A stretch of DNA of 64,000 nt from Parcubacteria group bacterium GW2011_GWC1_45_13 (GTDB taxonomy: Bacteria; Patescibacteriota; Minisyncoccia; UBA11713; 2-01-FULL-45-33): assembly GCA_001001285.1 (NCBI GenBank), contig LCKG01000003.1:27746-91745 (forward strand), written 5' to 3'. Under the pieces are notes generated by a model, which ran no database searches, was not told where the DNA came from, and saw only the letters and a list, made by a program, of their open reading frames with translations. The position numbers and the translations under genes are program-made. Positions 48,601 to 58,066 of this stretch are shown piece by piece (within the stretch, counting starts at the first letter, position 1; the number at the start of each line of letters is the position of its first letter).

Positions 48601-49272
48601 ATACTTTCCAATATTTCTGGAATTGTTTCGGCTATTGTTGATTCACCTGAAGGCAATCGCGATAAAATTATACGAATCGGAGAAGCGGAATTTACCGCGC
48701 CTTTCGGGCGTACGATTTTAGTTTCTCCCGGCGAAGAAATTAATCCCGGGGACAGGCTTACCGAAGGCGCGGCCGACATCAAAGAGCTTTTAACGGTGGC
48801 CGGAATAAAAGCCGCCCAAAATTATATTATTTATGAAGTCCAACAGCTTTACACTTTTCAGGGCGCTTCCATAAACGACAAACATATTGAAACCATAGTC
48901 CGTCAGATGTTCTCCAGAGTGAAAATCAAAGATCCCGGCGGAACCAAACTGGGCATCGGAGAAATTGTTGAAAAACCTATGTTGCGCGAGGAAAATTTAA
49001 AAATTAGAAAAGCTAGCGGGCTCCCGGCGAAAGCCGTCCAGTTGATGATGGGCATTACTAATGTGGCGCTGACCACGGAAAGTTTCCTTTCGGCGGCCTC
49101 TTTTATGCAAACTATGCGCGTTTTGACCAACGCCGCCATTGAAGGGAAGGAAGATAAATTGCGCGGCCTTAAAGAAAACGTCATCATCGGCCGGCTCATT
49201 CCCGCCGGCACCGGCTACCGCAAAGAATACCTCAAAAAACTGGAATCGGCGGCGAAAGAAGAGGAAGAGTAG
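45664..49272 (+). CDS. rpoC: RNA polymerase beta' subunit
   Basis: KPETINYRT, NADFDGD, GEPGTQLTMRTFH. Confidence 0.99.
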   Translation: METQKITDFKSLSIRLASRERILNWSRGEVTKPETINYRTQRPEKDGLFDERIFGPEKDYECYCGKYKRVRYKGIICDKCGVEVTRSIVRRERMGHIELASPVSHIWFLRGVPSRIGLILDMSVPDLEKVIYFGGYVVTKVDEKARKEVVDAVEKEYKSKSKTNSAAEKEALKNIYDSTLAEIKNLKERAVISEVEYHRFSLKYAQVFEAGIGAEALKKLCSQLNLNQISGGLAKDMEEASPLQKKKILRRLRLIQSLIRSGVRPDWMFLTAIPIIPPALRPMVQLEGGRHATSDINDLYRRVINRNNRLKKLLEIKAPEVIVRNEKRMLQESVDALIDNSIKRTQGPAATSQAQKRPLRSLADMLKGKQGRFRQNLLGKRVDYSGRSVIVVGPELKLHQCGLPKHMALELFRPFVIHDLIARDLAHTIKGAGRLIDDLKQEVWESLENVIKDKYVLLNRAPTLHRLGIQAFQPILIEGNAIQLHPLVCSAFNADFDGDQMAVHVPLTDEAQKEARSIMASVKNLLKPGNGEPVITPTQDIVMGIAYLTRIRPVAKGEGKYFASPNEAILAYDYGWVDIHSKLFVKITKTPKYQQVGREILETSVGRLLFNSVLPRDYAFLNKEMTKKDLERLVSNLIQRYGIDATPMILDRIKSLGFRHATDSGISWGMDDIQVPEEKKSLIEKAKEEARVIENQYNQGLLTDRERSEKIIEAWTNVKTKVDALAPSALDPFGPIHYMVSSGARGNWAQINQLASMKGLVVNPSGRTIELPILASYKEGLAVLEYFISTHASRKGTADTALKTAAAGYLTRRLVDVVQDVIVSEPDCKDEAGFEVYKKDFDKLGKNFASRVFGRVLAMDILDPSLGKPLFKKGHLLSMDDAERVASLNISTVTLRSPISCRSRRGICQLCYGYDLGSNTPVKLGEAVGIVAAQAVGEPGTQLTMRTFHVGGIAGAADITMGLPRVEEIFELRTPKTPAILSNISGIVSAIVDSPEGNRDKIIRIGEAEFTAPFGRTILVSPGEEINPGDRLTEGAADIKELLTVAGIKAAQNYIIYEVQQLYTFQGASINDKHIETIVRQMFSRVKIKDPGGTKLGIGEIVEKPMLREENLKIRKASGLPAKAVQLMMGITNVALTTESFLSAASFMQTMRVLTNAAIEGKEDKLRGLKENVIIGRLIPAGTGYRKEYLKKLESAAKEEEE

Positions 49273-49333
49273 GTTTTTGGCTTGCAAATTTTTATATAAC
49301 TGCTAAGATTTTTTCAGAAAGGTGGAAAGTCCT

Positions 49334-50203
49334 ATGAAAATTACTTACCTCGGACCTGCCGGAGCAACATTTTCTGCGATGGCTTATGACAAGCTGGCCT
49401 TTATGTTCGACGCGCCTAAAACTGGCGATTCTGGCACAGAGCTTTTGCTTGCGCAATCGAATGAGGAGATTTTGCCGCTTATGCTGAAGCACGGTGGCTA
49501 CGGAGTCATGGCTATGGAAACAAAGGCACAAGGGCGCATTGATCCGCCGGTTAATTCTTTCATCGAGCTTTTGGAAGCATACGACGAACGCTGTCCCGTT
49601 AGTATTGTCGCGGCTATCCGCATGAGACTCAATTTCGCGCTCATGGCCCGCCCTGGTCTGTCTGTGGACAAAGTGAAAATGATTTTGGCGCACAAGCAAG
49701 CCCTGGGCGCGTGCCGTAAACGCTTGGAAACTCTGGGGGCGGAATTGATTGAAGCTTTGAGCAATGGTCAAGCCGCTGAAGATGTGGCAACTAAAGACGA
49801 CTTGGCCTATGCTGCTGCTCTTGGGCCGAGTGTCGCGGCAGAAAAATATGGCCTTGTGATACTAAATGGCGCGTTTGAAGACAAGGAAGCCGTAACTACT
49901 TTTTTTCTTTTGAGCGCCGAAGGCAGCGCTTCGTGGACATGCGAAGAAAACCGCGGGCTTATGGTCTTTAGAACAAAACATAAGCCCGGCGCTCTTGTGA
50001 GCGTTCTTACACCATTCGCTAGACTGGGCATCAATCTGATACACATCCATTCTTTGTATTCCGGCAACGGTGAATACGATTTCGCCGTAGAAACCGAATG
50101 CGGTTTTACTGAATTAGGGAGCCATCTGCTTGCCGGGAGAAACGCCAGAGAGTTTATGACCAAACATATAGTCTTTGGCCCATTCGCAATCTTAGACGTT
50201 TAA
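49334..50203 (+). CDS. prephenate dehydratase-like protein (PDT plus ACT)
   Basis: ITYLGPAGATFS, AHKQALGAC, HKPGALV.VL..FA..GINL..IHS; TRF motif appears as TTF. Confidence 0.75.
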   Translation: MKITYLGPAGATFSAMAYDKLAFMFDAPKTGDSGTELLLAQSNEEILPLMLKHGGYGVMAMETKAQGRIDPPVNSFIELLEAYDERCPVSIVAAIRMRLNFALMARPGLSVDKVKMILAHKQALGACRKRLETLGAELIEALSNGQAAEDVATKDDLAYAAALGPSVAAEKYGLVILNGAFEDKEAVTTFFLLSAEGSASWTCEENRGLMVFRTKHKPGALVSVLTPFARLGINLIHIHSLYSGNGEYDFAVETECGFTELGSHLLAGRNAREFMTKHIVFGPFAILDV

Positions 50204-50248
50204 TATGGAATCATGCGCCTGCGCCGTCGGGCGCATTTTTATATATGA

Positions 50249-50322
50249 TTTGCTATAATAAATAAATGGCGAAAAAGAAACGGAATAACGGAAAAAATGG
50301 AGCGGGGATTGGGGCGTGGCAT
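50249..50322 (+). repeat. duplicated promoter and first 19 codons of ftsK
   Basis: Matches 51329-51403 with 4 mismatches and 1 indel. Confidence 0.9.
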
Positions 50323-50816
50323 TGGGCTTAGCGGCTCATTCTCCTCGAAGGCGAAGAAGGGTGTTTAAAAATATACCTTTAGAATTTAACAAAATTGACC
50401 GGCGCGTTCTTCAACGCATTATACGCGAATTCCATCGCGATAGACTGGTAGATTTTAAGGAAGATGGGGATAACGGCGTTCGGATTATTCTTACAGAGCA
50501 GGGCGTCAAAAAGGCGTTGCGGTATAATATTGATGCCATCTTTATTGAAGAGCCTAAAAAATGGGATGGAAAATGGAGGATCGTGGTTTTTGATATTCCG
50601 GAAAAAATGAAAAAGGCTCGCGAGGCGCTGCGTGACAAACTGCGCAAACTCGGTTTTTATCAACTTCAAAAAAGCGTTTTTGTTTTCCCCTTCGCGTGCC
50701 ATGATGAAATAAATTTTATTGTTGAATTTTTTGAATTACGCTCCAATGTCCGCATTATGACCGTGTTGGACATTACTAATGAAGCCGAACTAAAATTGCA
50801 TTTTGGGCTTTCTTAA
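50316..50816 (+). CDS. PaaX-family wHTH/Cas2-like-domain protein, probably 5'-truncated
   Basis: LTEQG, WDGKWRIVVFDIPE, LGFYQLQKSVFV; shorter than the paralog at 58067. Confidence 0.75.
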   Translation: MALGLAAHSPRRRRRVFKNIPLEFNKIDRRVLQRIIREFHRDRLVDFKEDGDNGVRIILTEQGVKKALRYNIDAIFIEEPKKWDGKWRIVVFDIPEKMKKAREALRDKLRKLGFYQLQKSVFVFPFACHDEINFIVEFFELRSNVRIMTVLDITNEAELKLHFGLS

Positions 50817-51001
50817 ATTTGGTTTAGAATACTTTAGAATACTGATGCACCATACTTTTGCGATCGCCGGAGAACGGACTTTTCTTTGTTTGACTTATTA
50901 AGTCCGCTGTGCTAGGGTTAGGGCGTTATCAAGCAACGCGCTTGGCAATCTCCATGGCGGAGCGTAGCCGTAAATTGTTCATTGAGAAAAAGGAGAAACG
51001 C

Positions 51002-51250
51002 ATGGAAAATCTTGGAAAAGAGCTGAAGGTAAATCTGGAAAAAAAGTTAAGAAAGAGGTATGCCGAAAGAATCGTGCAGGAAATAATGAGGCGATTTCGC
51101 CCAACGTCGCCGTCGCAAGACGAAAAGACCGCGCTGTCTACTTGTATGCAAATAGCTGGAGATGTCTTGCGAGAATCAGCGCGAGACGCAGTCAGAGAAA
51201 CAAAGGCGGATGCAGACGCAAGACTTTCAACAGGATATTGGGGTGATTAA
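51002..51250 (+). CDS. hypothetical protein (solo cassette)
   Basis: AAGGAG before ATG 51002; hairpin and T-run near 51273-51307. Confidence 0.55.
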   Translation: MENLGKELKVNLEKKLRKRYAERIVQEIMRRFRPTSPSQDEKTALSTCMQIAGDVLRESARDAVRETKADADARLSTGYWGD

Positions 51251-51346
51251 TTGAATTTGGGTTTTTCGTGTGGGCTTTCTCGTCATTGCTATCGAGAAGG
51301 CCTTTTTATTTACCTCAAAGAGCTTTATTTTGCTATAATTAAATAA

Positions 51347-53566
51347 ATGGCGAAAAAGAAAAGGAATAACGGGAAAAGCGGAGCGGGGATTGGGGCGTGG
51401 CATCAGAATTTAAGGCCGGAGACCAAGCATTCGCTTTGGGCGGTTTTATCTTTTCTGGCGGCGGTGCTTTTGGCGCTGGCTTATTTCGGCAAAGCCGGGC
51501 TGGTAGGGGACGCAATCCAAAAAACTTTGCTTTTGGTTTTCGGAAAAGGTTTTTTTCTCGTCTCTCTGGCTTTTCTTCTGGCCGGGTTATCGTTTCTTTT
51601 TGCTTTGGGAAACCATCTGCTTATTACCACTATTCTCGGCGGAGTTTTATTTTTAATAAGTTCTTTGGGGCTTTCCGATATTTTATTCGGCGCTTACACC
51701 GGCGGGTATGTCGGCTTTTTATTTTCTTTCCCATTTTTGAAATTATTTGATTTTTGGGCGTCTCTGATAATTTTTTCCGCCCTGCTTCTGGCGTCCTTCC
51801 TGATTATGCTTAATGTTTCTTTAAAGCCGAAAAGAAAAGAGAAAGCAGAAAGAGAAAAAGCGGAAGAAAAAATCTTCGCGCCAATGCCAGCTGTTCCCTC
51901 GCTTTCTTTGCCTCCGGCAAAAATTGAAGAAAAAAAGATTGAAGAAAATGACGAAGAAACGTCCATTTTGTCTTTAATCCCCAAAAATATTTTCAGAAAA
52001 TCATACAAGCCGCAGAAACTTGAACTTGCCAAAGAATACGCCACTCCGCCGTTGGACCTTTTGGAGGACGACAAAGGCACGCCTTCATCGGGCGACATCA
52101 AAGCCAACGCCAATATTATAAAAAGGACATTGCAAAATTTTGGTATTGACGTGGAGATGTCCGAGGTGAACGTTGGCCCTTCGGTTACGCAGTACACTTT
52201 AAAACCCGCAGAGGGAGTAAAGCTTGCCCGCATCACGGCTTTGCATAACGACTTGGCGTTGGCTTTGGCGGCGCATCCTTTGAGAATTGAAGCGCCCATT
52301 CCCAGCAAATCTTTGGTTGGAATAGAAGTGCCAAACCGCTCTATTGCTTTGGTGGGGCTTCGAAGCCTCTTAGGCATGGATGAATTTAAAAACGGCATGC
52401 CGCTTACTTTTGCGCTGGGCAGGGATGTTTCTGGCAGGGCGGTTTTCGCCGATATCGCCAAAATGCCGCATCTTTTGGTGGCTGGAGCCACCGGTTCGGG
52501 AAAATCAATTACTATGCACACTTTAATTGTGAGTTTGCTTTATAAAAATTCTCCGGAATTCGTGCGCTTTTTAATGATAGACCCTAAAAGGGTGGAGCTT
52601 TCCGTGTATAAAAATCTTCCGCACCTTCTGGCGCCGGTAATCACTGACGCCAAAAAGGCCATTATGTCTTTAAGATGGGCCGTCCGCGAAATGGAAAGGC
52701 GATACGAAAAACTTTCCGAGGTCGGCGCCAGGGATATTGTTTCCTACAACACAGAAATGATAAAGGAAAAAGCGCACGATGAAATTTTGCCAAATCTCAT
52801 AATAATTATTGACGAGCTGGCCGACCTTATGGCTTCCTATCCGCGTGAAATGGAGGCCTCAATCGTGCGCTTGGCGCAGATGTCGCGGGCGGTGGGAATT
52901 CATTTGGTAGTTTCCACCCAGCGCCCATCGGTTGAGGTGATTACCGGTTTAATCAAAGCGAATATTACTTCAAGAATCGCTTTGCAGGTGGCTTCCGGCG
53001 TGGATTCGCGCACAATTTTGGATATGTCTGGAGCCGAAAAACTTTTGGGCAACGGCGACATGCTTTTTTTGGCGGGGGACACTTCTAAACCGAGAAGAAT
53101 CCAAGCGGCATTTATATCAGAAAAGGAAGTGAAAAAAGTCGCGGCGTATGTCGCGGAGTCCGCCGGAGAATTTTTGGCCGAAGGCGCCCGCCTGCCGGAC
53201 GGGCATGGAGAAATTGATTTTGAATTGAAATTGCCGTTAGCCAACGGAGCCGGCGGAGATTTGGGAGAAAATGAGGATATGGACGACGAACTTTATGAAG
53301 AGGCCAAAAGGCTTATTGTGGACGCGCAAAAAGCTTCGGCGTCATACCTTCAAAGAAGGCTGCGGGTTGGCTACGCCAGAGCCGCGCGGCTCTTGGATAT
53401 GTTGGAAGCGCAGGGCGTAATCGGCCCCGGCGAAGGGGCGAAGCCGAGGGAGGTTTTGATTAAAAAATCAGCGGAATCAATCGCGATTGGCAAAACTTTG
53501 GAGCCGGAAGATTTTGGAGATGACGAAGAAAAATCCGATACTCCTTACACTAACTTTGATTTTTGA
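51347..53566 (+). CDS. ftsK: DNA translocase FtsK/SpoIIIE
   Basis: N-terminal TMs, HLLVAGATGSGKS, IDELADLM, LQRRLRVGYARAARL gamma domain. Confidence 0.97.
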   Translation: MAKKKRNNGKSGAGIGAWHQNLRPETKHSLWAVLSFLAAVLLALAYFGKAGLVGDAIQKTLLLVFGKGFFLVSLAFLLAGLSFLFALGNHLLITTILGGVLFLISSLGLSDILFGAYTGGYVGFLFSFPFLKLFDFWASLIIFSALLLASFLIMLNVSLKPKRKEKAEREKAEEKIFAPMPAVPSLSLPPAKIEEKKIEENDEETSILSLIPKNIFRKSYKPQKLELAKEYATPPLDLLEDDKGTPSSGDIKANANIIKRTLQNFGIDVEMSEVNVGPSVTQYTLKPAEGVKLARITALHNDLALALAAHPLRIEAPIPSKSLVGIEVPNRSIALVGLRSLLGMDEFKNGMPLTFALGRDVSGRAVFADIAKMPHLLVAGATGSGKSITMHTLIVSLLYKNSPEFVRFLMIDPKRVELSVYKNLPHLLAPVITDAKKAIMSLRWAVREMERRYEKLSEVGARDIVSYNTEMIKEKAHDEILPNLIIIIDELADLMASYPREMEASIVRLAQMSRAVGIHLVVSTQRPSVEVITGLIKANITSRIALQVASGVDSRTILDMSGAEKLLGNGDMLFLAGDTSKPRRIQAAFISEKEVKKVAAYVAESAGEFLAEGARLPDGHGEIDFELKLPLANGAGGDLGENEDMDDELYEEAKRLIVDAQKASASYLQRRLRVGYARAARLLDMLEAQGVIGPGEGAKPREVLIKKSAESIAIGKTLEPEDFGDDEEKSDTPYTNFDF

Positions 53567-53568
53567 TT

Positions 53569-53898
53569 ATGCATATTCGCCGCTGGATATTTTTGGGGAT
53601 AATAATTTTGGCGGGGGGGTATTTTTTTTATGAGGCGAGGGGAGTGCTTTTTAATCCAAAACTGGAAATTTTTGAACCGAAAGATGGCGCGGTTTTAATG
53701 TCCGCGAGAATTCATATTGCAGGGCGCGCCGACCCCAATTCGGCAGTTTGGGTTGCCGGTAAAATTTTTCAGAGCGGAGAGAGCGGCATTTTTGAAGGAG
53801 ATATCGCTTTGGCGCCCGGTTACAATCAAATCGGCGTTTTGGTGAAAGGCCGCTTTGGCGGCGAGACTAGGAAAGTTTTACGGGTTTTGGTAAAATAA
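53569..53898 (+). CDS. membrane-anchored Ig-like domain protein
   Basis: [20 protein letters not shown]. Confidence 0.7.
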   Translation: MHIRRWIFLGIIILAGGYFFYEARGVLFNPKLEIFEPKDGAVLMSARIHIAGRADPNSAVWVAGKIFQSGESGIFEGDIALAPGYNQIGVLVKGRFGGETRKVLRVLVK

Positions 53899-53905
53899 CT
53901 TTATT

Positions 53906-54922
53906 ATGGCAAAAAAAGAAGAGAAACAATCAAAGGACAGCAGGTGGCAGCAGGTGGACGCGGCGGTGAGGGATTTGGAGTCCAAATTCGGCGAAGGCGT
54001 GCTTATGAAATTGGGAGACGTCGCGAAAGTTGACGTGGACGTGATTCCGACAGGCTCTTTGAGTTTGGATATGGCTTTGGGGGTCGGCGGAATCCCGCGG
54101 GGAAGAATTATTGAAATTTTTGGGCCGGAGTCTTCCGGAAAAACCACTCTGGCTCTTCATGTTATAGCGGAAGCCCAGAAAAAAGGAGGCATCACCGCTT
54201 TTATTGACGCCGAGCACGCGCTTGACCCGGAATACTCAAAACGGCTGGGCGTAAAGACGGAAGACCTTTTGATTTCCCAGCCGGACACCGGCGAGCAGGC
54301 GCTGGAAATTATTGAATCATTGGTGCGCTCGGGAAAAGTTGACGTGATAGTCGTGGATTCAGTCGCCGCGCTAACTCCTAAAGCGGAAATAGAAGGGGAT
54401 ATGGGCCAGCAGCATATGGGGCTTCAGGCGCGCCTTATGTCGCACGCGCTCCGGAAGCTTACGGCGATAGTCGCCAAGTCCAACACCATAGTAATATTTC
54501 TCAATCAAATCAGGATGAAAATCGGAATAATGTTCGGAAATCCGGAGACCACTCCCGGAGGCAACGCGCTTAAATTTTATTGTTCGGTGCGGATTGATTT
54601 AAGGCGCCTCGCCCAGATTAAAAAAGGCGAGGACATAATCGGCAACCGCGTGAAGGCAAAAATCGTGAAAAATAAAGTGGCGCCGCCTTTTAAAATCGCC
54701 GAGTTTGATATTTTATACAACGAAGGCATTTCTTTTGAAAGCGACCTTTTGGGGCTCGGCGAAAAATACGGCGTTGTAAAAAAATCGGGGGCTTCCTACA
54801 GCTTCGGGGATATTTCTTTGGGGAGGGGCTACGACGCCGCCAGATTAAAGCTCAAAGAAGACAAAAAACTAACCCAAGAATTGGTAAAAGCGATAAAAGA
54901 GATCGCAAAGAAGGCGGAATAA
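53906..54922 (+). CDS. recA: recombinase A
   Basis: [24 protein letters not shown]. Confidence 0.99.
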   Translation: MAKKEEKQSKDSRWQQVDAAVRDLESKFGEGVLMKLGDVAKVDVDVIPTGSLSLDMALGVGGIPRGRIIEIFGPESSGKTTLALHVIAEAQKKGGITAFIDAEHALDPEYSKRLGVKTEDLLISQPDTGEQALEIIESLVRSGKVDVIVVDSVAALTPKAEIEGDMGQQHMGLQARLMSHALRKLTAIVAKSNTIVIFLNQIRMKIGIMFGNPETTPGGNALKFYCSVRIDLRRLAQIKKGEDIIGNRVKAKIVKNKVAPPFKIAEFDILYNEGISFESDLLGLGEKYGVVKKSGASYSFGDISLGRGYDAARLKLKEDKKLTQELVKAIKEIAKKAE

Positions 54923-54943
54923 TTTAACATTTTTTAGACACTT

Positions 54944-55753
54944 ATGGACTTAGGGCTGAAGAATAAAGTAGTTTTAATAACCGGGGCTTCTGGCGGAATA
55001 GGTCAAGCAACAGCTCAAATGTTTTCAGAAGAAGGCACCAAAGTCGCTCTATGTTTTCATGCAAATAAAAAAGGGGCGGAAAAATTAGCCGGTAAACTTC
55101 CGGGCGAATATATTCTTATTGAATGCGATGTTTCCAATGAGGCGGACATGGAGAAAGCGTTTGGCAATGTTGTAAAAAAATTCGGTAAAGTGGATATAGT
55201 CATTGCCAACGCTGGCATTGCTATTCCGAAGGAAGCGCCAATATATGAGATGGAAAGCGCGCGTTTTGATGAAGTAATTTCCAAAAATTTAAAAGGAGCG
55301 TGGCTTACGGCGAAAGAATTTTTTAAAGTTTTGAAACAAACTAGGCCGGAATCAGCATCGCTGATTTTTGTAAGTTCAACCTCAGGTATTTTTGGAGAGG
55401 AGGGCCATTCGGAGTATTCAGCGTCCAAAGCGGCGCTTATTGGTTTAACTAAGACTTTAAAAAATGAACTTGTGCGTATTGTGCCCATGGGGCGGGTAAA
55501 TGCTGTCGCTCCCGGGTGGGTATGGACTCCTATGACTGAACAATTTATTTCTGATAAGGAAGCCGTATTAGAAGCGCTTCAAACTAAAGCGTTAAGAAGA
55601 ATCGGCCGACCAAACGAAATTGCTTCCGTTATCGTTGCTTTGGCATCCGATAAAATATTCAGCCATGTTACGGGTCAAATAATCGCCATAGATGGCGGTA
55701 TGGATGGGCGGATTATTTGGACCCCTGATGATATAGATTTAGATAAAGCTTAA
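54944..55753 (+). CDS. short-chain dehydrogenase/reductase
   Basis: TGASGGIG, NAG, YSASK. Confidence 0.93.
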   Translation: MDLGLKNKVVLITGASGGIGQATAQMFSEEGTKVALCFHANKKGAEKLAGKLPGEYILIECDVSNEADMEKAFGNVVKKFGKVDIVIANAGIAIPKEAPIYEMESARFDEVISKNLKGAWLTAKEFFKVLKQTRPESASLIFVSSTSGIFGEEGHSEYSASKAALIGLTKTLKNELVRIVPMGRVNAVAPGWVWTPMTEQFISDKEAVLEALQTKALRRIGRPNEIASVIVALASDKIFSHVTGQIIAIDGGMDGRIIWTPDDIDLDKA

Positions 55754-55754
55754 A

Positions 55755-55970
55755 TTATCTTGTTGTGTAAGGAACGAGCCCTAAATAGCGGGCGCGTTTG
55801 ATGGCTTCGGAAAGTTTTCGCTGGTGCAAAGAGCAGACGCCCGTCCTCCGGCGGCGCGTTATCGGACCCTGCGGAGTCATAAATTTTCTTAGTATTTGTG
55901 AGTCCTTATAATCAACAACTTTTATATTGGCTGCGCAAAAGTAGCATTGTTTTGATTTTGTATTCGGCAT
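55755..55970 (-). CDS. rpsR: 30S ribosomal protein S18 (Zn-binding type)
   Basis: CYFC, VDYKD, HQRKL..AIKRAR. Confidence 0.95.
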   Translation of the reverse strand: MPNTKSKQCYFCAANIKVVDYKDSQILRKFMTPQGPITRRRRTGVCSLHQRKLSEAIKRARYLGLVPYTTR

Positions 55971-55973
55971 AAT

Positions 55974-56420
55974 TTAAAAAGGGATATCCTCCGGCTTAAT
56001 TTCGTCTTCGGGGTATTCCACAGTGGCCAAGATTTCCGGAGCCTCTTCCTCCTGCTTTGCCGGACTTTCAGCGGAAGGCGCGCGGTTTCCTCCTCCGCGC
56101 GGACCCATCTGCATGGCTTCGGCGACTATTTCGGTTCTTTGTTTTTTCTGGCCGTCTTGGCCTTGCCAGGACCTTGTTTGAATTCGGCCCTCAACCATAA
56201 TCATGCTTCCTTTTGTCAGATATTGTTTGGTAATTTCCGCCAGGCGCCCAAACATCACGATATTGTGAAATTCCACCTGCTTTTGTTGTGAGCCGTCTTT
56301 CCCTTTCCACATTCTGTTGGTGGCCAATCCGAAATTTACAACCGCCTGCCCAGAGGGCAGTGAGCGCAGTTCTGGATCGCGGGTCAAATTTCCTATTAAA
56401 AATACTTTATTTAGATTCAT
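55974..56420 (-). CDS. ssb: single-stranded DNA-binding protein
   Basis: LNKVFLIGNLTRDPELR; C-terminal DIPF. Confidence 0.97.
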   Translation of the reverse strand: MNLNKVFLIGNLTRDPELRSLPSGQAVVNFGLATNRMWKGKDGSQQKQVEFHNIVMFGRLAEITKQYLTKGSMIMVEGRIQTRSWQGQDGQKKQRTEIVAEAMQMGPRGGGNRAPSAESPAKQEEEAPEILATVEYPEDEIKPEDIPF

Positions 56421-56433
56421 ATTCTATTTCTAA

Positions 56434-56904
56434 TTATTTTCCTAAAATCTCTTCTAATTTTTTATCAATCTCCTCAATGTTGGCGGCTGATTCTAAAACT
56501 GGTTGTTTAATTTCCGGAGCTTGCGGCGCGTTTTTTGCATTATACTTCAAAGCCGGCCTTTCCGGAATGATTTTGCCTATTCGTGGAGCGCGGGCTACAT
56601 GCGGAGACTGGCGCTTGGTATGCACGGCCAAATATCTTAAAACTTGCGGAACAATAAGTTTTGTTTCAAATTCGCGTATCTTTTCGGAGGCCAATAAAAA
56701 TCTGAAACTGGCGAGGTACGCCTCCAGCATTTTTTTAATCGGATAGGAAAGCCTGCGCTTTAAAACACCGCCTTCATTATCAATGAGTCCGCCCAAGCTC
56801 TTTATCTCGTTTTTTAGTGATTGCTGAAAAGCCTGGGCCTCTTCTTCCGAATAGGCTGGGCTTATCAGATAAGTTATTTCGTATAATTTTTGGTCTTTGC
56901 CCAT
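56434..56904 (-). CDS. rpsF: 30S ribosomal protein S6
   Basis: YEITYLI, RRLSYPIKK, VLRYL; rpsF-ssb-rpsR order. Confidence 0.9.
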   Translation of the reverse strand: MGKDQKLYEITYLISPAYSEEEAQAFQQSLKNEIKSLGGLIDNEGGVLKRRLSYPIKKMLEAYLASFRFLLASEKIREFETKLIVPQVLRYLAVHTKRQSPHVARAPRIGKIIPERPALKYNAKNAPQAPEIKQPVLESAANIEEIDKKLEEILGK

Positions 56905-56924
56905 CGGATTTTATATTAACATAT

Positions 56925-57971
56925 CTATATTTTAAACTCAATGACATCGCCATCTTTCACTATATAATCTTTGCCTTGGGAGCCTAGCCAGCCTAATTCC
57001 CGAGCTTTTGTCCATGAGCTCGCTTCCATAAGCTTTTCCCAAAATACAACATCGGCACGGATAAAGTTTTCCTCAAAATCGCTGTGAATGGCGCGCCCGG
57101 CACGTTTGGCGGTTGAACCTTGAGGAATGGTCCATGCGCGCGTTTCTTCCTCGCCGGCCCCGACGTTCTGTCGGGGCGCCGACTTCGTTATTTCTTTTAT
57201 ATAGTGCGTCGGCGTGGTAAAAAATGTAATCAATCCTAAAAGTTCGTACGCGGCTTTTATGAGTTTCGGAAGTTGTGGTTCAATACTCAGCTCTTTTCTC
57301 TCTTCTTCGGACATCGCTGAAACATCGTTTTCTTGGGCAATATCTAGTACCACAGAATTTGGAAATCGGAAGTCAGAGGTTAGATTGCTTGTTGCTGAAA
57401 CATTGAAAACGTAAATGGTGGGTTTAAAAGATAAAAGCTGGTATTGTTTGGCCACGCCGGAAGGTATTTTTTCAAAATTCTCTAACGCGCTGACAAGTTC
57501 GGCGGCCTCTTTTTTCCCGCTTTTTGCGTCTGTTTGCGCCTTTTCTTTAATTTTTGCCACCGTCTCCAAATCTTTCAAAGCCAGCTCCGTTTTTATGGTT
57601 TCAATGTCGGAAAGGGGATTGGGTTTTCCGGAGACATGGATAATATTTTCATTTTCAAAAGCGCGGACAATATGGCAGATAGCATCCACTTCGCGTATAT
57701 GCGATAAAAATTTGTTTCCAAGCCCCTCGCCTTCCGCGGCGCCCTTAACTAGTCCCGCAATATCCACAAATTCAATTACGGCAGGCACGATTTTTTTGGA
57801 CTTAGAAAGTTTGGCCAATTTATCCAATCTTTCGTCAGGCACCTGAACCACGCCCACATTGGGGTCAATGGTGGCAAAAGGGTAGTTGGAAGTATCTACC
57901 TGTTTTTTAGTAAGCGCCTGAAAAAGCGTTGATTTTCCGACATTTGGTAGGCCGACTATGCCCATCTTCAT
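56925..57971 (-). CDS. ychF: Obg-like ATPase YchF
   Basis: GIVGLPNVGKST, NYPFATIDPN, GEGLGNKFL, GKDYIVKDGD. Confidence 0.96.
   Translation of the reverse strand: MKMGIVGLPNVGKSTLFQALTKKQVDTSNYPFATIDPNVGVVQVPDERLDKLAKLSKSKKIVPAVIEFVDIAGLVKGAAEGEGLGNKFLSHIREVDAICHIVRAFENENIIHVSGKPNPLSDIETIKTELALKDLETVAKIKEKAQTDAKSGKKEAAELVSALENFEKIPSGVAKQYQLLSFKPTIYVFNVSATSNLTSDFRFPNSVVLDIAQENDVSAMSEEERKELSIEPQLPKLIKAAYELLGLITFFTTPTHYIKEITKSAPRQNVGAGEEETRAWTIPQGSTAKRAGRAIHSDFEENFIRADVVFWEKLMEASSWTKARELGWLGSQGKDYIVKDGDVIEFKI
57158..57214. repeat. 57-bp double-hairpin element in frame in ychF
   Basis: CCCCGACGTTCTGTCGGGG-CGCCGAC...TAGTGCGTCGGCG; adds 19 aa inside FFT/AGE. Confidence 0.88.
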
Positions 57972-58007
57972 GCTCGTTATATTATCACAACTGCGTTAAA
58001 AACTGAA

Positions 58008-58043
58008 GTGCAGATTTGACAGCTATAGCGTTCAAACTTGCAC
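58008..58043. repeat. 36-bp palindromic repeat (left of the PaaX/Cas2-like gene)
   Basis: GTGCAGATTTGACAGCTATAGCGTTCAAACTTGCAC. Confidence 0.85.
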
Positions 58044-58066
58044 ACGGATTTTATAAGCCATATTCA

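Noticed and set aside
50823-50842. TTTAGAATAC tandem duplication
   Set aside because: Two units only; no evidence of function.
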